This document shows, piece after piece, positions 43,625 to 54,288 of a stretch of 64,000 bases of DNA; position 1 is the first letter of the stretch, and every line of letters begins with the position of its first letter. This stretch comes from an uncultured delta proteobacterium. Lineage in GTDB: Bacteria; Desulfobacterota; RBG-13-43-22. The position numbers were made by a program, and so were the translations under genes. Where the stretch lies: the NCBI GenBank assembly GCA_963743305.1, contig CAVUPH010000014.1, positions 1-64,000 on the forward strand. Reading direction: 5' to 3'. Under the pieces are notes generated by a model that saw nothing but the letters and a program-made list of their open reading frames with translations, was not told the origin of the DNA and searched no databases.

Positions 43625-43740
43625 TAAGCCATTTCCGATGGCCCGAGCGATCCGAGAGCCAGGCGGAAAAGATTTTCAGCAGGCTGGCCGTGCTATCAGA
43701 TCAATGACCGATTTGGGGACCCCGACTACGGAAGTTGGAA
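43625..43740 (-). pseudogene. Short MFS gene fragment duplicated from 51880-52010
   Basis: taagccatttccgatggcccgagcgatccgagagcca...ttcagcaggctggccgtgct, nearly identical to the MFS gene. Confidence 0.75.
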
Positions 43741-43745
43741 GCGTC

Positions 43746-43762
43746 AGGGCTTTGTCCGCTGA
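43746..43762 (+). repeat. 17-bp direct repeat, right copy
   Basis: AGGGCTTTGTCCGCTGA. Confidence 0.7.
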
Positions 43763-43844
43763 AACTGTTTTTTCTCTTGACTCCGGATTGGTCATATTTT
43801 AAATTGTTTGGCATTTAAGACTGTCATAAAATAGGTTTTTGTGT

Positions 43845-43896
43845 AGCGATGGAGTTCGCTTAACCGTCCCGCGGATTCGGGACTGATAACTCCTGC
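43845..43896 (+). ncRNA. Fluoride (crcB) riboswitch 1
   Basis: AGCGAUGGAGUUCGCU-UAACCG-UCCC..GGGA-CUGAUAACUCCUGC; pseudoknot GGAGU/ACUCC. Confidence 0.9.
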
Positions 43897-43928
43897 CTAA
43901 TGAAATTTTTGGCAGGAGTTTTTTATTT
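43888..43928 (+). terminator. Riboswitch 1 intrinsic terminator
   Basis: aactcctgcc...ggcaggagtt followed by a T-tract; overlaps the aptamer 3' strand. Confidence 0.85.
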
Positions 43929-43985
43929 CTTGGGTGACCCCAATGACCTCTGCTCCCGCCAAAATAAGATGATGGGAGGACAAAA

Positions 43986-45746
43986 ATGGTTCTCGATAAA
44001 TACGCGCAACTTAAAAATGAACTCGTAACCTGCATCAACTCCCTGGTGACCATCGAAAGTGACACCAGTGGCCTCTATGAAGAACTCAGAGAAAAAATCC
44101 AAAATAATGTCTTTAACCTCGTTGTTCTCGGACAGTTCAAAAGGGGGAAGACCAGCCTGATCAATGCCCTCCTGGGGGCAGAAATATTACCCACCGCGAT
44201 TGTCCCTCTCACCTCTATTGCCACGATTCTCAAATACGGCGAAACCGTAAATATCAATGTGTATTTCAATGACGGCCGGGTGATGGACATTGAACCGGCA
44301 ACCCTCCCCCAATATGTAACGGAAAAAGGAAATCCCAGAAATGAGAAAGAGGTGCAGGAAGTCATCATCGCTTATCCTTCGACCTATCTAAAAGACGGGG
44401 TCCGGTTAATCGACACCCCCGGCGTCGGATCGGTCTATGAACATAATACCGATGTGGCTTATCATTATTTACCCAAGTCGGATGCCGCCCTGTTTCTCCT
44501 CTCGGTAGATCAGCCGGTGAGCAAGGCCGAGCTTGAATTTTTGAAAGATGTCCAGGAATTCTCAAACAGGATATTCTTTCTCCAGAACAAGGCCGATTAT
44601 GTGGGCGCCGAAGACCTGGCCGAATCCATTTCCTTCTCGAAGAAAATTATTGAGGAGTGCCTGGGCAACGAAGTAAAGATATTCCCTCTTTCCGCCAAAT
44701 GGGCACTCGAAGGCAAATTGTCCGGAACAAAGGAATTTCTGGAGAAAAGTTTTCTTCCCGAATTTGAACGAGTCCTGAATACCTTTCTGATGCAGGAAAA
44801 GGGCCGGGTCCTGCTCCTTTCCGTGACGAATAATCTTCTGCGGCTGCTCGCTCAGGCCCGGTTCAAGCTTGATCTGGAGATGAAATCGTTCTCGACGCCT
44901 TTGGAGGAATTGAAGGAAAAGATAAAGATCTTCGAGAATAAAAAGAAAGAGATCCTGGTCGAAAAAGACGACTTCTACCTCCTGCTGGATGGCGCCACGA
45001 AAAATATTATCAAGAACGTCCTGGATGAAGACACGAAGGCCTTCAGGCAGGAGTTGCTTCTTAAGGTGTCGGAAAACATTGAAACCCGCTACCCGGAGTA
45101 TTCGGGCCTGTCCCTGAAGGAGATTCAGCGGCGTCTTGAAGAACAGATTGTCGCCGAAGTCAAACAGGCCTTTATGGCCTGGCGCGGCCTGGAGGATGAG
45201 AAACTGTCAAAAACCTTTGAGACGTCCTGCCAGAGGTTTATTACCAAGATCGACGAGACCGTGGATTCCCTCCTCAATTTCTCAGCCGACCTCTTCGCCG
45301 TTCCCTTCGATATCGTCCAGGCCGAGGCCATTTGGTCATCGAAGTCGAGGTTTTACTATAAATTCAAGGAGCAGCCGGGGGGGATTGAGATCGTGGCCTC
45401 ATCGCTGACCTTGTTGCTGCCGAAATTCATCGGCGAAAAGATCTTGCTGAAAAAGATGAAGGAATACCTCGAGGGAGTAATAGACAGGCAGTCCGCCAGG
45501 ATTGGTTCTGACTTTGAAGAAAGACTGGATAAGAGTAAGCTGGCTTTCAGGTGGGAGATGCTACAGAGGATTGAGGCCACCATGGAAGGGATATCCCAGG
45601 CTATCGAAACGGGGATGAGCCGGAAATTGCAGGGCGAAAAGGCCGTGGAGGAACAAAAGGCTTTCCTCCTGAAAAAGGAAAAGAGAATGGGTGAAATCAA
45701 GGAAAAATTGATGTGGATACGGGAAAATTTATCCAGTAAAATTTGA
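43986..45746 (+). CDS. Bacterial dynamin-like GTPase
   Basis: GQFKRGKTS (G1), PLTS (G2), DTPG (G3), NKAD (G4), long helical C-terminus. Confidence 0.92.
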   Translation: MVLDKYAQLKNELVTCINSLVTIESDTSGLYEELREKIQNNVFNLVVLGQFKRGKTSLINALLGAEILPTAIVPLTSIATILKYGETVNINVYFNDGRVMDIEPATLPQYVTEKGNPRNEKEVQEVIIAYPSTYLKDGVRLIDTPGVGSVYEHNTDVAYHYLPKSDAALFLLSVDQPVSKAELEFLKDVQEFSNRIFFLQNKADYVGAEDLAESISFSKKIIEECLGNEVKIFPLSAKWALEGKLSGTKEFLEKSFLPEFERVLNTFLMQEKGRVLLLSVTNNLLRLLAQARFKLDLEMKSFSTPLEELKEKIKIFENKKKEILVEKDDFYLLLDGATKNIIKNVLDEDTKAFRQELLLKVSENIETRYPEYSGLSLKEIQRRLEEQIVAEVKQAFMAWRGLEDEKLSKTFETSCQRFITKIDETVDSLLNFSADLFAVPFDIVQAEAIWSSKSRFYYKFKEQPGGIEIVASSLTLLLPKFIGEKILLKKMKEYLEGVIDRQSARIGSDFEERLDKSKLAFRWEMLQRIEATMEGISQAIETGMSRKLQGEKAVEEQKAFLLKKEKRMGEIKEKLMWIRENLSSKI

Positions 45747-45887
45747 TGGTTTCGAAAAAAGTCCCCAACGCTGTCATTGCGAGGAGTGAAGCGACGAAGC
45801 AATCCCCAAGAATCAGGCAATTACCATGGTGGGGATTGCTTCGCTTCGCTCGCAATGACAGGTTTTTGGACTTTTGCGAGGTTATCA
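45746..45887. mobile_element. Non-autonomous palindromic (RPE/MITE-like) element
   Basis: Outer IR gatggtttcgaaaaaagtcc / ggacttttgcgaggttatc; inner tgtcattgcgag..gaagcaatcccc / ggggattgcttcg..ctcgcaatgaca. Confidence 0.75.
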
Positions 45888-45916
45888 AAACTGAACCCCT
45901 TTGAGGGAGGTCTGCC

Positions 45917-46378
45917 ATGCCGGAAGAAAAATGCGTTTTTTGTAGTATTGCCGCCGGACAGGCGCCGGCCCATATCGTCCAGGAGGATGGTCTGTCCCTG
46001 GCCTTGCTGGATATAAATCCTTTGGCTCAGGGCCACTGCCTGATCATTCCCAGAAGGCATGTGCCCTGGTGGCATGACCTGACGAAAAAAGAAACCGACA
46101 GCCTCTTTCGAATGGCCCAAGAAGTTGCCGGAAAAATCATGGAAACCTTCCATCCGGATTTCGTTTGCATGTACGCCCGGGGGAGAAGGATCCCCCATAC
46201 CCATATATTTTTAGTCCCCACCTATTCGGGTGATCCCCTGGACCGCTTTTTCAATGCCCTGGAAGGGTTCCAGGAGACGCCGACGGAGTTGAGTCGGCTC
46301 AAACGGCCGGACCGGATGCGGGCGACAGCGGAACGTTTGCGGAAATCGGTCTGTCTCCGGGCAGGTGAAGGGGAATAG
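45917..46378 (+). CDS. HIT-family nucleotide hydrolase (atypical HxHxF motif)
   Basis: CVFC, LDINPLAQGHCLIIPRRH, IPHTHIFLVP. Confidence 0.88.
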   Translation: MPEEKCVFCSIAAGQAPAHIVQEDGLSLALLDINPLAQGHCLIIPRRHVPWWHDLTKKETDSLFRMAQEVAGKIMETFHPDFVCMYARGRRIPHTHIFLVPTYSGDPLDRFFNALEGFQETPTELSRLKRPDRMRATAERLRKSVCLRAGEGE

Positions 46379-46770
46379 GCGATAAACCAAGGACCTATTC
46401 AGGCCAATAGATTGAAATTGCTAAATAATTTATGCATAATCCCCGCCGTTGGGCCTTTGAGGTCGGACCCCACAAAAAGCTTGCCCCCTTGGCGGATGGG
46501 GAGTAAACTACCGCCATTTTAGGTGACCAGGAAGCCTGTGGATAGATGGAATTTTAGTTGAAGGTATCGCAATGAATGACCCGGATGGTAGTGATAGACC
46601 GTCTGAATAAAACCGAAAGAACGAATTCCACCGAATTGGAAGACCCTGTACCTCAACGACCAGAGGTTGCCTTTGGAATAATGAACGGTCGGCGTTCCTA
46701 CCGAGCTTAACCCGCCGGTTCGCCCCCGGCCGCCTTCTCCTTCCTGCCGCGGCCTTAATGGAGGTGAACC

Positions 46771-46926
46771 ATGCAAATCAAGATTTCACTTCTCGTTCCC
46801 GTGTTCCAAGTAATGCCGGCGATCGGGACCGTCAACTCCTATCAAAAATTCCATGAGGCGGCACGCCCCGCCGTGATGGCCGAACGGCTTTCCACCTTAG
46901 CCGGGGAATCGAAGGTTGCGCCATGA
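46771..46926 (+). CDS. 51-aa upstream ORF translationally coupled to mgtA
   Basis: GGAGGT RBS at 46760, ATG 46771, TGA overlapping the mgtA ATG (ATGA). Confidence 0.5.
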   Translation: MQIKISLLVPVFQVMPAIGTVNSYQKFHEAARPAVMAERLSTLAGESKVAP

Positions 46927-49586
46927 AAAAGCGATTCCTTGCGCGATTCTCGAAGGGCTCCGGTATCCAATCGCCCGCAACCCAAACCTTGAACGGGCAT
47001 GAACGGCAATTGGTGGAGCTTTGCACGATCCCCATCCAGGAAGCGCTTAGGCACGCTCAAGACGACCCTTCAGGGACTCAAGGCCGAAGAAGCGGATCAT
47101 CGACTGGACGAGTACGGCCCCAACGAGTTGTCTCATCTCAAGCGCCTGGGTTTCTGGGCCGACATGGCTCACCGCCTGAAGAGTCCTCTGGTCGTTCAGC
47201 TCTTGGTGATCGCACTGGTCTCCGGGGTCATCGGCGAGTTGAAGTCAACCGCCATCGTCTCCGCGATGATCGTGTTGAGCGTCGGGTTGTCCTACATTCT
47301 CGACCGCCGCTCCAGCCGTACCGTCGAATCCCTCGGCAAGCGCGTTCAGTCCCGCACCTTCGTCTTGCGGGATGGCGTGGAGACCGAGGTCAGGATATCC
47401 GAAATCGTTCCGGGCGACATCGTGCTCCTCCAGGCCGGCTCCATCGTTCCGGCGGATCTGCGGTTGATCGCCGCCAAGGATTTTTTCGTCAGCGAGTCGG
47501 CCCTGACCGGGGAATCCATGCCGGTCGAAAAAACGAGTGCAAGCGCCGACTCATCCATCCAGTCGGCCATGGATCTGCCAAACGCCTGTTTTTTCGGGAC
47601 CTCCGTTACCAGCGGCACGGCCCGGGGCGTGGTCGTGAACACCGGCACCCGCACCCTGTTTGGAGCCATTTCGGAGCGGCTGACCGAAAAGCGGGAGGAA
47701 ACCAGCTTCGACCGGGGCGTGCGTTCCTTCACCTGGCTGATGATCCGGTTCATGGTGGTGATGGTCTGCGCGGTGTTCTTCATCGTGGGCATGACCAAGG
47801 GCAACTGGCTGGAGGCGCTGCTGTTCGGCCTGTCCATTGCCGTCGGCCTCACCCCGGAAATGCTGCCGATGATCGTCACCGTCAACCTGGCCAAGGGCGC
47901 GCTGACCATGGCCAAGAAAAAGGTCATCGTCAAACGGCTGCCGTCGATCCAGAACTTCGGAGCCATCGACATCCTGTGCACGGACAAGACCGGGACCCTG
48001 ACCCAGGACCGGGTCGTTCTGGAGCGCCATGTCGATATCGTCGGACACACCAGCGAAGAGGTCCTGAACTACGCCTATCTCAACAGCTACTTCCAGACCG
48101 GCCTGCGCAACCTGATCGACCGGGCGGTTCTCGAGTCATGCCGACCTGCATCCGGAGCAGGACTGCCGGCTTGTGGATGAACTGCCCTTTGATTTTCAGC
48201 GCCGCCGCATGTCCGTGGTGGTGGACTATGAAGAGGACCATGTCCTGATCTGCAAAGGCGCGGTGGAGGAGATCTACGCCTGTTGCAGCCATTATCAGAT
48301 CGAGGACGAGGTCTATCCGCTGATCGACATGATCCGTGCCGACCTGTTCGAAGAGGTCGAGAAGCTCAATCGCGACGGTTTCCGGGTCCTCGGCATCGCT
48401 TATCGGGAGTTTCCCCGGTCGACAAGACCGTTTTCACGGTCGATGATGAAAGCCAACTCATCCTGCTCGGCTATATCGCCTTCTTCGATCCGCCCAAAGT
48501 CTCCGCCACGGAGGCGATTGAGCTTCTGGCAAAAGCCGGAGTGAAGGTCAAGGTTCTGACCGGCGACAACGGCCTGGTGACCGAAAAGGTCTGCCGGGAT
48601 GTGGGACTCGATGCGGAACGGATCGTCACGGGAGCGGAACTCTCACGGCTTTCCCCGAGCGATTTCTCGAAAACGGTGCAGGACAGCAATGTCTTCGTCA
48701 AGCTCTCTCCGGCGCAAAAAGAGCAGATTGTGAAGGAACTGCGCGAACAACGGCCACGTGGTGGGGTTCATGGGCGACGGCATCAACGACGCGCCGGCGC
48801 TGAAGGCGGCGGATGTCGGCATTTCGGTGGATTCCGCGGTCGACGTGGCCAAGGAAGCCGCGGACATCGTGCTCCTGGAAAAGAGCCTCCTGGTCCTGGA
48901 AGAGGGCATCATGGAAGGCCGGAGGGTCTTCGCCAATATCGTCAAATACATCCGCATGGGCGCCAGCTCCAATTTCGGCAACATGTTCAGCGTGGTCGGG
49001 GCGAGCTACCTGCTGCCTTTCCTTCCCATGCAGCCGGTGCAGATTCTCACGAACAACCTGCTCTACGACTTCTCGCAGACCGGAATTCCCACCGACAATG
49101 TGGATGAGGAACTGATCGCCAAGCCCCTCAAATGGAATATCGACAACATCAAGCGCTTCATGGTCTTCATCGGGCCGATCAGCTCCATCTTCGACTACGC
49201 CACCTTCGCCCTGATGTGGTTCTTTTTCCATTGCAGCGCCTTTCTCGATCCCGCGACCGGCGCCATGCAAAAGGAATCGCTGGCGCGGCTCTTTCAGACC
49301 GGATGGTTCGTGGAGTCGCTGCTGACCCAGACATTGATCGTCCATATCATCAGGACCAGGAGGATCCCCTTCTTCGGAAGCCGGGCCTCCTTGCCACATG
49401 ACTATGACGACCCTGATCATCATGGCCATCGGGGCCTGGTTGCCGTATTCGCCTTTCGCGGCCGATTTGGGGATGGTTCCGCTGCCCGCGGTCTACTGGG
49501 CCTGGATAGCGGCTTTTCTGGTGACATACGCCGTGCTGACACACGTGGTGAAGACCTGGTTCTTCAAGCGTTTTGGAGGTGATTGA
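46923..49586 (+). CDS. mgtA: Mg2+-translocating P-type ATPase (about five frameshifts)
   Basis: [87 protein letters not shown]. Confidence 0.92.
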
Positions 49587-49588
49587 TC

Positions 49589-50393
49589 ATGGATACTATT
49601 TTGGATGCCCTTCAGGAGGGCAGATTGTTCGAGCTGCCTGAAAACGACAAGGCCCATGCCTTGCAGTTTCTGGCGCACATCATCGAAGCCTTTCCGGAGA
49701 CCCCCGCCGGAACCGATGTGGTCGGACTTGTCATGAAAAGAGAAGAGGCGACCAACACCGCCATCGGCAAGGGCTGGGCCTGTCCGCATGCGCGGGTGCC
49801 CTATGACGAGGATCTCATGTGCGTGATCGGATGGAGTCCGACGGGAATCGATTACGGCGCGCCGGACGGCAAGCCCGTCTCGCTGGTCGTCATGTACCTG
49901 GTTCCGGACAACCAGCGGAATCATTACCTGCGCGAGGTATCGATGCTGGCCAAGGCGCTTGAAACCTATCCCGACCTTGAAAAGTTTAGTGAAGCCGGAA
50001 ACCTGGACGATGTCCGCAACTACCTGCTCGACCTGATTGACGCCACCAAGGGAACTGTCGGTCCGGATGCCCGGGCCAAGATGATCCGGCTGCAAACCAA
50101 GGCGGCTCTTGAAACATTCCCCCTTCGCGACCTTTCGAATCTGATTGTGGAGCCCGTCACGCTTGTCGCCGGTCCGGGAATAAAGCACATTGCTCTCACC
50201 CAGAATGCCGAGTCTTGCGGAATGGCTCGACTCCGCGAGCGATCTGATCGAAAAGATGGAAACCGACGGCGTGTACCAGAACGGCGGATGGCGCGTCTTG
50301 CGCCGGGGCGCGTTACCTATCAAGGCGGGACGGGTTGCCTATGATTGCCTGGCGATCCGGATGGCTTCAGGGAACTCGGTCACTATTAAATAA
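49589..50393 (+). CDS. PTS EIIA(Ntr/Fru)-like domain protein with C-terminal extension (frameshift ~50215)
   Basis: REEATNTAIGKGWACPHAR, GIDYGAPDGKPV. Confidence 0.82.
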
Positions 50394-50435
50394 CCGAATA
50401 AAGGTATTTCCCGGCGTTTTACCTTTTGCCCTTTA

Positions 50436-50909
50436 TTAAAAGCGTAAAGTCGCCTTCAACCTTTTGGGGTTCAGTAAAAGGTCCAGACCGTCCAGGATAC
50501 TGCGGACATGGATATCCGCCGAGGTAATCGCATCCACAGCGCAACCTTCCCCCTCGGAAACAGCAATACCTACTTTGGCTGTTTTGAGCATCCGGCGGTC
50601 GTTATTCCCGTTACCGAAGGCTATGGTATTTTCAGACCCGATTTTTAGCAGGTATGCTTCCTTTTGTCGGTCATGGTTTTCTCCGGAAAGGATATGAATC
50701 TGGCCCCCATTTATCTCCTGTAATTCTTCCCTGGCCTTACCGAAGGTATCGGCTGTTAAAAAGTGAATTTCCAAAAATTCGCTGATCTTATTCAATCTAT
50801 CTTTTACCCCGTCGATTAAGCGTCCATCAACCGAGAGTGTTCCGGTGAAATCGGAAACCAGATATTTTAATTGAATCGGCCCAAATCCGGGGATGTCTAA
50901 ATCAAACAT
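50436..50909 (-). CDS. Soluble P-type-ATPase-like HAD hydrolase, copy 2 (intact)
   Basis: LVSDFTGTLSVDG, GNGNNDRRML. Confidence 0.85.
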   Translation of the reverse strand: MFDLDIPGFGPIQLKYLVSDFTGTLSVDGRLIDGVKDRLNKISEFLEIHFLTADTFGKAREELQEINGGQIHILSGENHDRQKEAYLLKIGSENTIAFGNGNNDRRMLKTAKVGIAVSEGEGCAVDAITSADIHVRSILDGLDLLLNPKRLKATLRF

Positions 50910-50938
50910 AAGTCCTCCTTATTTTTCCTTTTTAGGAA

Positions 50939-52130
50939 TTATTGTCTTTTCCGTTTAAAGAGTAAATAGATAAACAAAAGGGCCGACAGCCAGGCCGTGG
51001 CCGTACCGTACAGGAAGGTCGCCGGGGGGCCGAAACGATCCCAGAGGAGCCCGCCGATGAGGCTGGCCGGGAACACCGCCAGCCCAACCAGGGTATTATA
51101 AAGCCCGAATCCGGTGGCCTTGAACTCTTGAGGGATGATGGTGGCTAAGAAGGCCTTCTGCACCCCCTCGGTCATGGCCATAAAAAGGCCGTAGGCGATG
51201 AACAAAAACCAGATGTGGACTGGGCGCCCGGCCTGGGCAAATCCCAGGTAGATGAACCCAAAAAGGATAAAACTCAAAAAGATGATCGGTTTTGGTCCGA
51301 TTCGGTCCGATAATATACCGGCGGGCAAGGCCCCCAGGCCATAAATGACATTAAAAGTGAGATAGACCAGGGGAATGACAGCCAGCGGAATCCCCACATT
51401 TTGGGCCCGTAGGATCAGGAATACATCGCTGGAGTTTCCCAGAGAAAACAGGGCCGCCACCACGATAAAAAATTTATAGGAACCACTGAAACTTTTCCAA
51501 CCCAGCCTGGGTCTTCCCGCCTCAGGGATCGAACAGGCCCGGGTTTCCCGAATGAAAAAAATGATGATCAGGACGGCCAGGGCCCCCGGGATCATGGACA
51601 GCCAGAACACCAGACGATACTGGCCGTTAAAATAAGCCAGCAGCCCAAAGGCTACCGCCGGGCCGACCACGGCCCCCAGGGTATCCATGCCCCGATGGAA
51701 ACCGAAGGAACGTCCCAGGTTTGGCGCTTCACAGGATTCGGCAATCAGGGCGTCCCTCGGGGCAGTGCGGACCCCTTTGCCGAAACGGTCCATGAAGCGG
51801 GAGGCCAGGACCTGCCCCCAATTAGGGGCGGTGGCGATCAGCGGACGGCTCAGGGTGGAGATTCCGTAGCCCAGGGCCATAAGCCATTTCCGATGGCCCG
51901 AGCGATCCGAGAGCCAACCTGAAAAGACTTTCAGCAGGCTGGCCGTGCTCTCGGCAATTCCCTCAATCAGACCAATAACCGACTTTGGGACCCCGAGTAC
52001 GGAAGAAAGGAATAGAGGTACCAGGGGGTAGACCATCTCCGAACTGAAGTCCATGAAAAAACTGACCAGTCCGGTAAAGAAGATATTTCGGTTGAGGCCC
52101 GCAGATTTTGTTTGGGGAATTTGTTCCCAT
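50939..52130 (-). CDS. MFS transporter (1-nt indel just after the start)
   Basis: [59 protein letters not shown]. Confidence 0.9.
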
Positions 52131-52170
52131 GGAATTATCCGTTCTATTTCATTTATTCGCCGGACAGTAG

Positions 52171-52188
52171 ATGTAACTGTAGTTACAT
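52171..52188. promoter_or_regulatory. Palindromic operator in the divergent MFS/ChrB-like intergenic region
   Basis: ATGTAACtgtaGTTACAT; extra half-site GTTACAT at 52228-52234. Confidence 0.7.
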
Positions 52189-52278
52189 TATATAAATTGA
52201 ATTGTCAAGAAATAATTTAAAATTACTGTTACATTTATTTGTTTGACATTTTTATGGACTAACTTATATCATTGAACC

Positions 52279-52920
52279 ATGAAATGGCTTTTTTTTTCCT
52301 ATAGTCTCCCGACGGAACCGTCCAAGGCCAGAGTGTATACCTGGAGGCAGTTAAAAAAACTGGGAGCCGTAAATTACCAATCGGTCTGGGTCCTGCCGTA
52401 TTCCAAGGAATGGCTCGAAGACCTCACGAAGCTTATGGAGTCCATTGGAAGCCGCCGAGGGGAAAGCCTGCTGATTGAGGGAAAAAGCTTGACCAAGGAG
52501 CAAGAGGATCGAATCAATAAGGCCTTTATCGATTCACGAAATGAGGAATACGGGGAATTGATCGAAAAGTGTGAAGATTATTTCAAGGAGATCGATTTTG
52601 AAATCGAGAGGCAAAATTTCATCTTTGCCGAGGTGGAGGAAAATGAGGAGGAACTTGAAAAACTTAAACTGTGGTTTAAAAAGGTGGCCAAGCGGGATGT
52701 CCTGGATGTGCCGCTACGCAAGGTAGCAGTTGAGAAATTAATAGACTGCGAAAAGCGTTTTGAGGAATTTTCCCAAAAGGTTTTCGAACATGTTCAATTG
52801 AAAAATACGGAGAAAAAGGGGCCCACCCCAAAGAAGGCCTTGAGGAAAAAGAAAGATTCAGGAACGCTATTTTCCTGCGGGCTGAAAGGGAAGCCGAGGG
52901 AGGACGAACTTTTAAAATAA
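52279..52920 (+). CDS. ChrB N-terminal-domain transcriptional regulator
   Basis: YSLPTEPSKARVYTWRQLKKLGAV, RNEEYGE, EENEEELEKLKLW. Confidence 0.8.
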   Translation: MKWLFFSYSLPTEPSKARVYTWRQLKKLGAVNYQSVWVLPYSKEWLEDLTKLMESIGSRRGESLLIEGKSLTKEQEDRINKAFIDSRNEEYGELIEKCEDYFKEIDFEIERQNFIFAEVEENEEELEKLKLWFKKVAKRDVLDVPLRKVAVEKLIDCEKRFEEFSQKVFEHVQLKNTEKKGPTPKKALRKKKDSGTLFSCGLKGKPREDELLK

Positions 52921-53042
52921 TCGAAGGCGAACCATTGTCAACCAGTTTTGCCGAAGATTTATATCAAGCACTTTGATCTCTGGGGAGAAGACAAACCTTC
53001 CGCCAATGCCCAGCCTGTGGAAAAAAACGATGAGGAGGAGGT

Positions 53043-54243
53043 ATGGCAGATTTTAATTTGATCCGTGAATTAACCGTAACCGCCGATACCAAGATCGTGC
53101 TTCTTGTCATGGACGGTCTTGGCGGGGTGCCGAATGCGCCGGGCGGACCCACCGAACTGGAGTCCGCCCGCACACCGAACCTTGACCGTCTGGCGGTCAA
53201 AAGCATGCTGGGCTCTCAATCCCCATCGGGCACGGTATCACCCCAGGCTCCGGACCGGGGCACCTGGCCCTGTTCGGCTACGACCCGCTCAAGTTTCTCA
53301 TCGGCCGGGGTGCTGGAGGCGCTCGGCATCGGTTTTGAGCTGACGCCGGACGACGTGGCCGCGCGGGGCAATTTCTGCACGGTGGATGACAAGCTGCTCA
53401 TCACCGACCGCCGCGCCGGACGCATTCCGACGAAAAAATGCGCCGAGCTGGTGGTTAAGCTGCGGGCGATCCGGCTGCCGCAGGTGGAGATCTTCGTCGA
53501 GCCGGTTCAGGACTACCGGTTTGCGCTGATCTTCCGTGGCAAGAGCCGTCCGCCGCCCTGACCGACACCGATCCGCAAAAGACCGGGCTTCCGCCGCTTC
53601 AGGTCAGGCCCGGGCCGAGGAGGCGCGCAAGACGGCCGAGATGGTCAATTGCTGGGTTGCGGCCGCCCGCGAGCTGCTTAAAGACGAGCAGCCGGCCAAC
53701 ATGGTGACGCTGCGGGGCTGGGCCAAGGAACCCGGTCTTCCCAAGTTCGACGACATCTACCGTCTCAAGGCCGAGCCATCGCCGTGTACCCGATGTACAA
53801 GGGCCTGGCCAGCTGGTCGGCATGGACGTGGTACCGGACTGCACAGTCTGGAGGAGCAGATCGAGGCGCTGAAGGCGAACTGGGAGGATTACGACTTCTT
53901 CTTCGTCCACTATCAAGTACACCGACAGCCGGGGCGAAGACGGCGACTTCGCGGCCAAGGCCGCCGAAATCGAGAAGGTGGACGCCGCGATCCCGCGTTT
54001 CCTGGATCTCAAGCCGGACGTGTTCATCGTGACCGGCGACCACAGCACGCCGGCCGTTTGGAAGGCGCATTCCTGGCACCCCGTGCCGACCCTGCTCTAC
54101 GCTCCGCATCTGGCCGGCCGCAACGACGTGAAGGGATTCGGGGAGACCGAATGCCTGCGGGGGCGCTCGGCCAGTTCCAGGCCATGGACCTGATGCCGCT
54201 GGCGTTAGCCTATGCCGGGCGCATGGCCAAGTTCGGCGCTTAG
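53043..54243 (+). CDS. apgM: 2,3-BPG-independent phosphoglycerate mutase, ApgM type (multiple frameshifts)
   Basis: [50 protein letters not shown]. Confidence 0.88.
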
Positions 54244-54288
54244 CCCTGCAGCGCCTTTCAGGCCGTCCTCCACTTGAATCCCTTCTCG

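Noticed and set aside
46516-46715. Canonical M-box (ykoK) riboswitch
   Set aside because: Only the first few bases match and the conserved core is not recognisable; kept as an unknown leader.
46923-49586. Programmed frameshifting in mgtA and other split genes
   Set aside because: Too many scattered shifts without slippery-site plus structure signals; error or decay is simpler.
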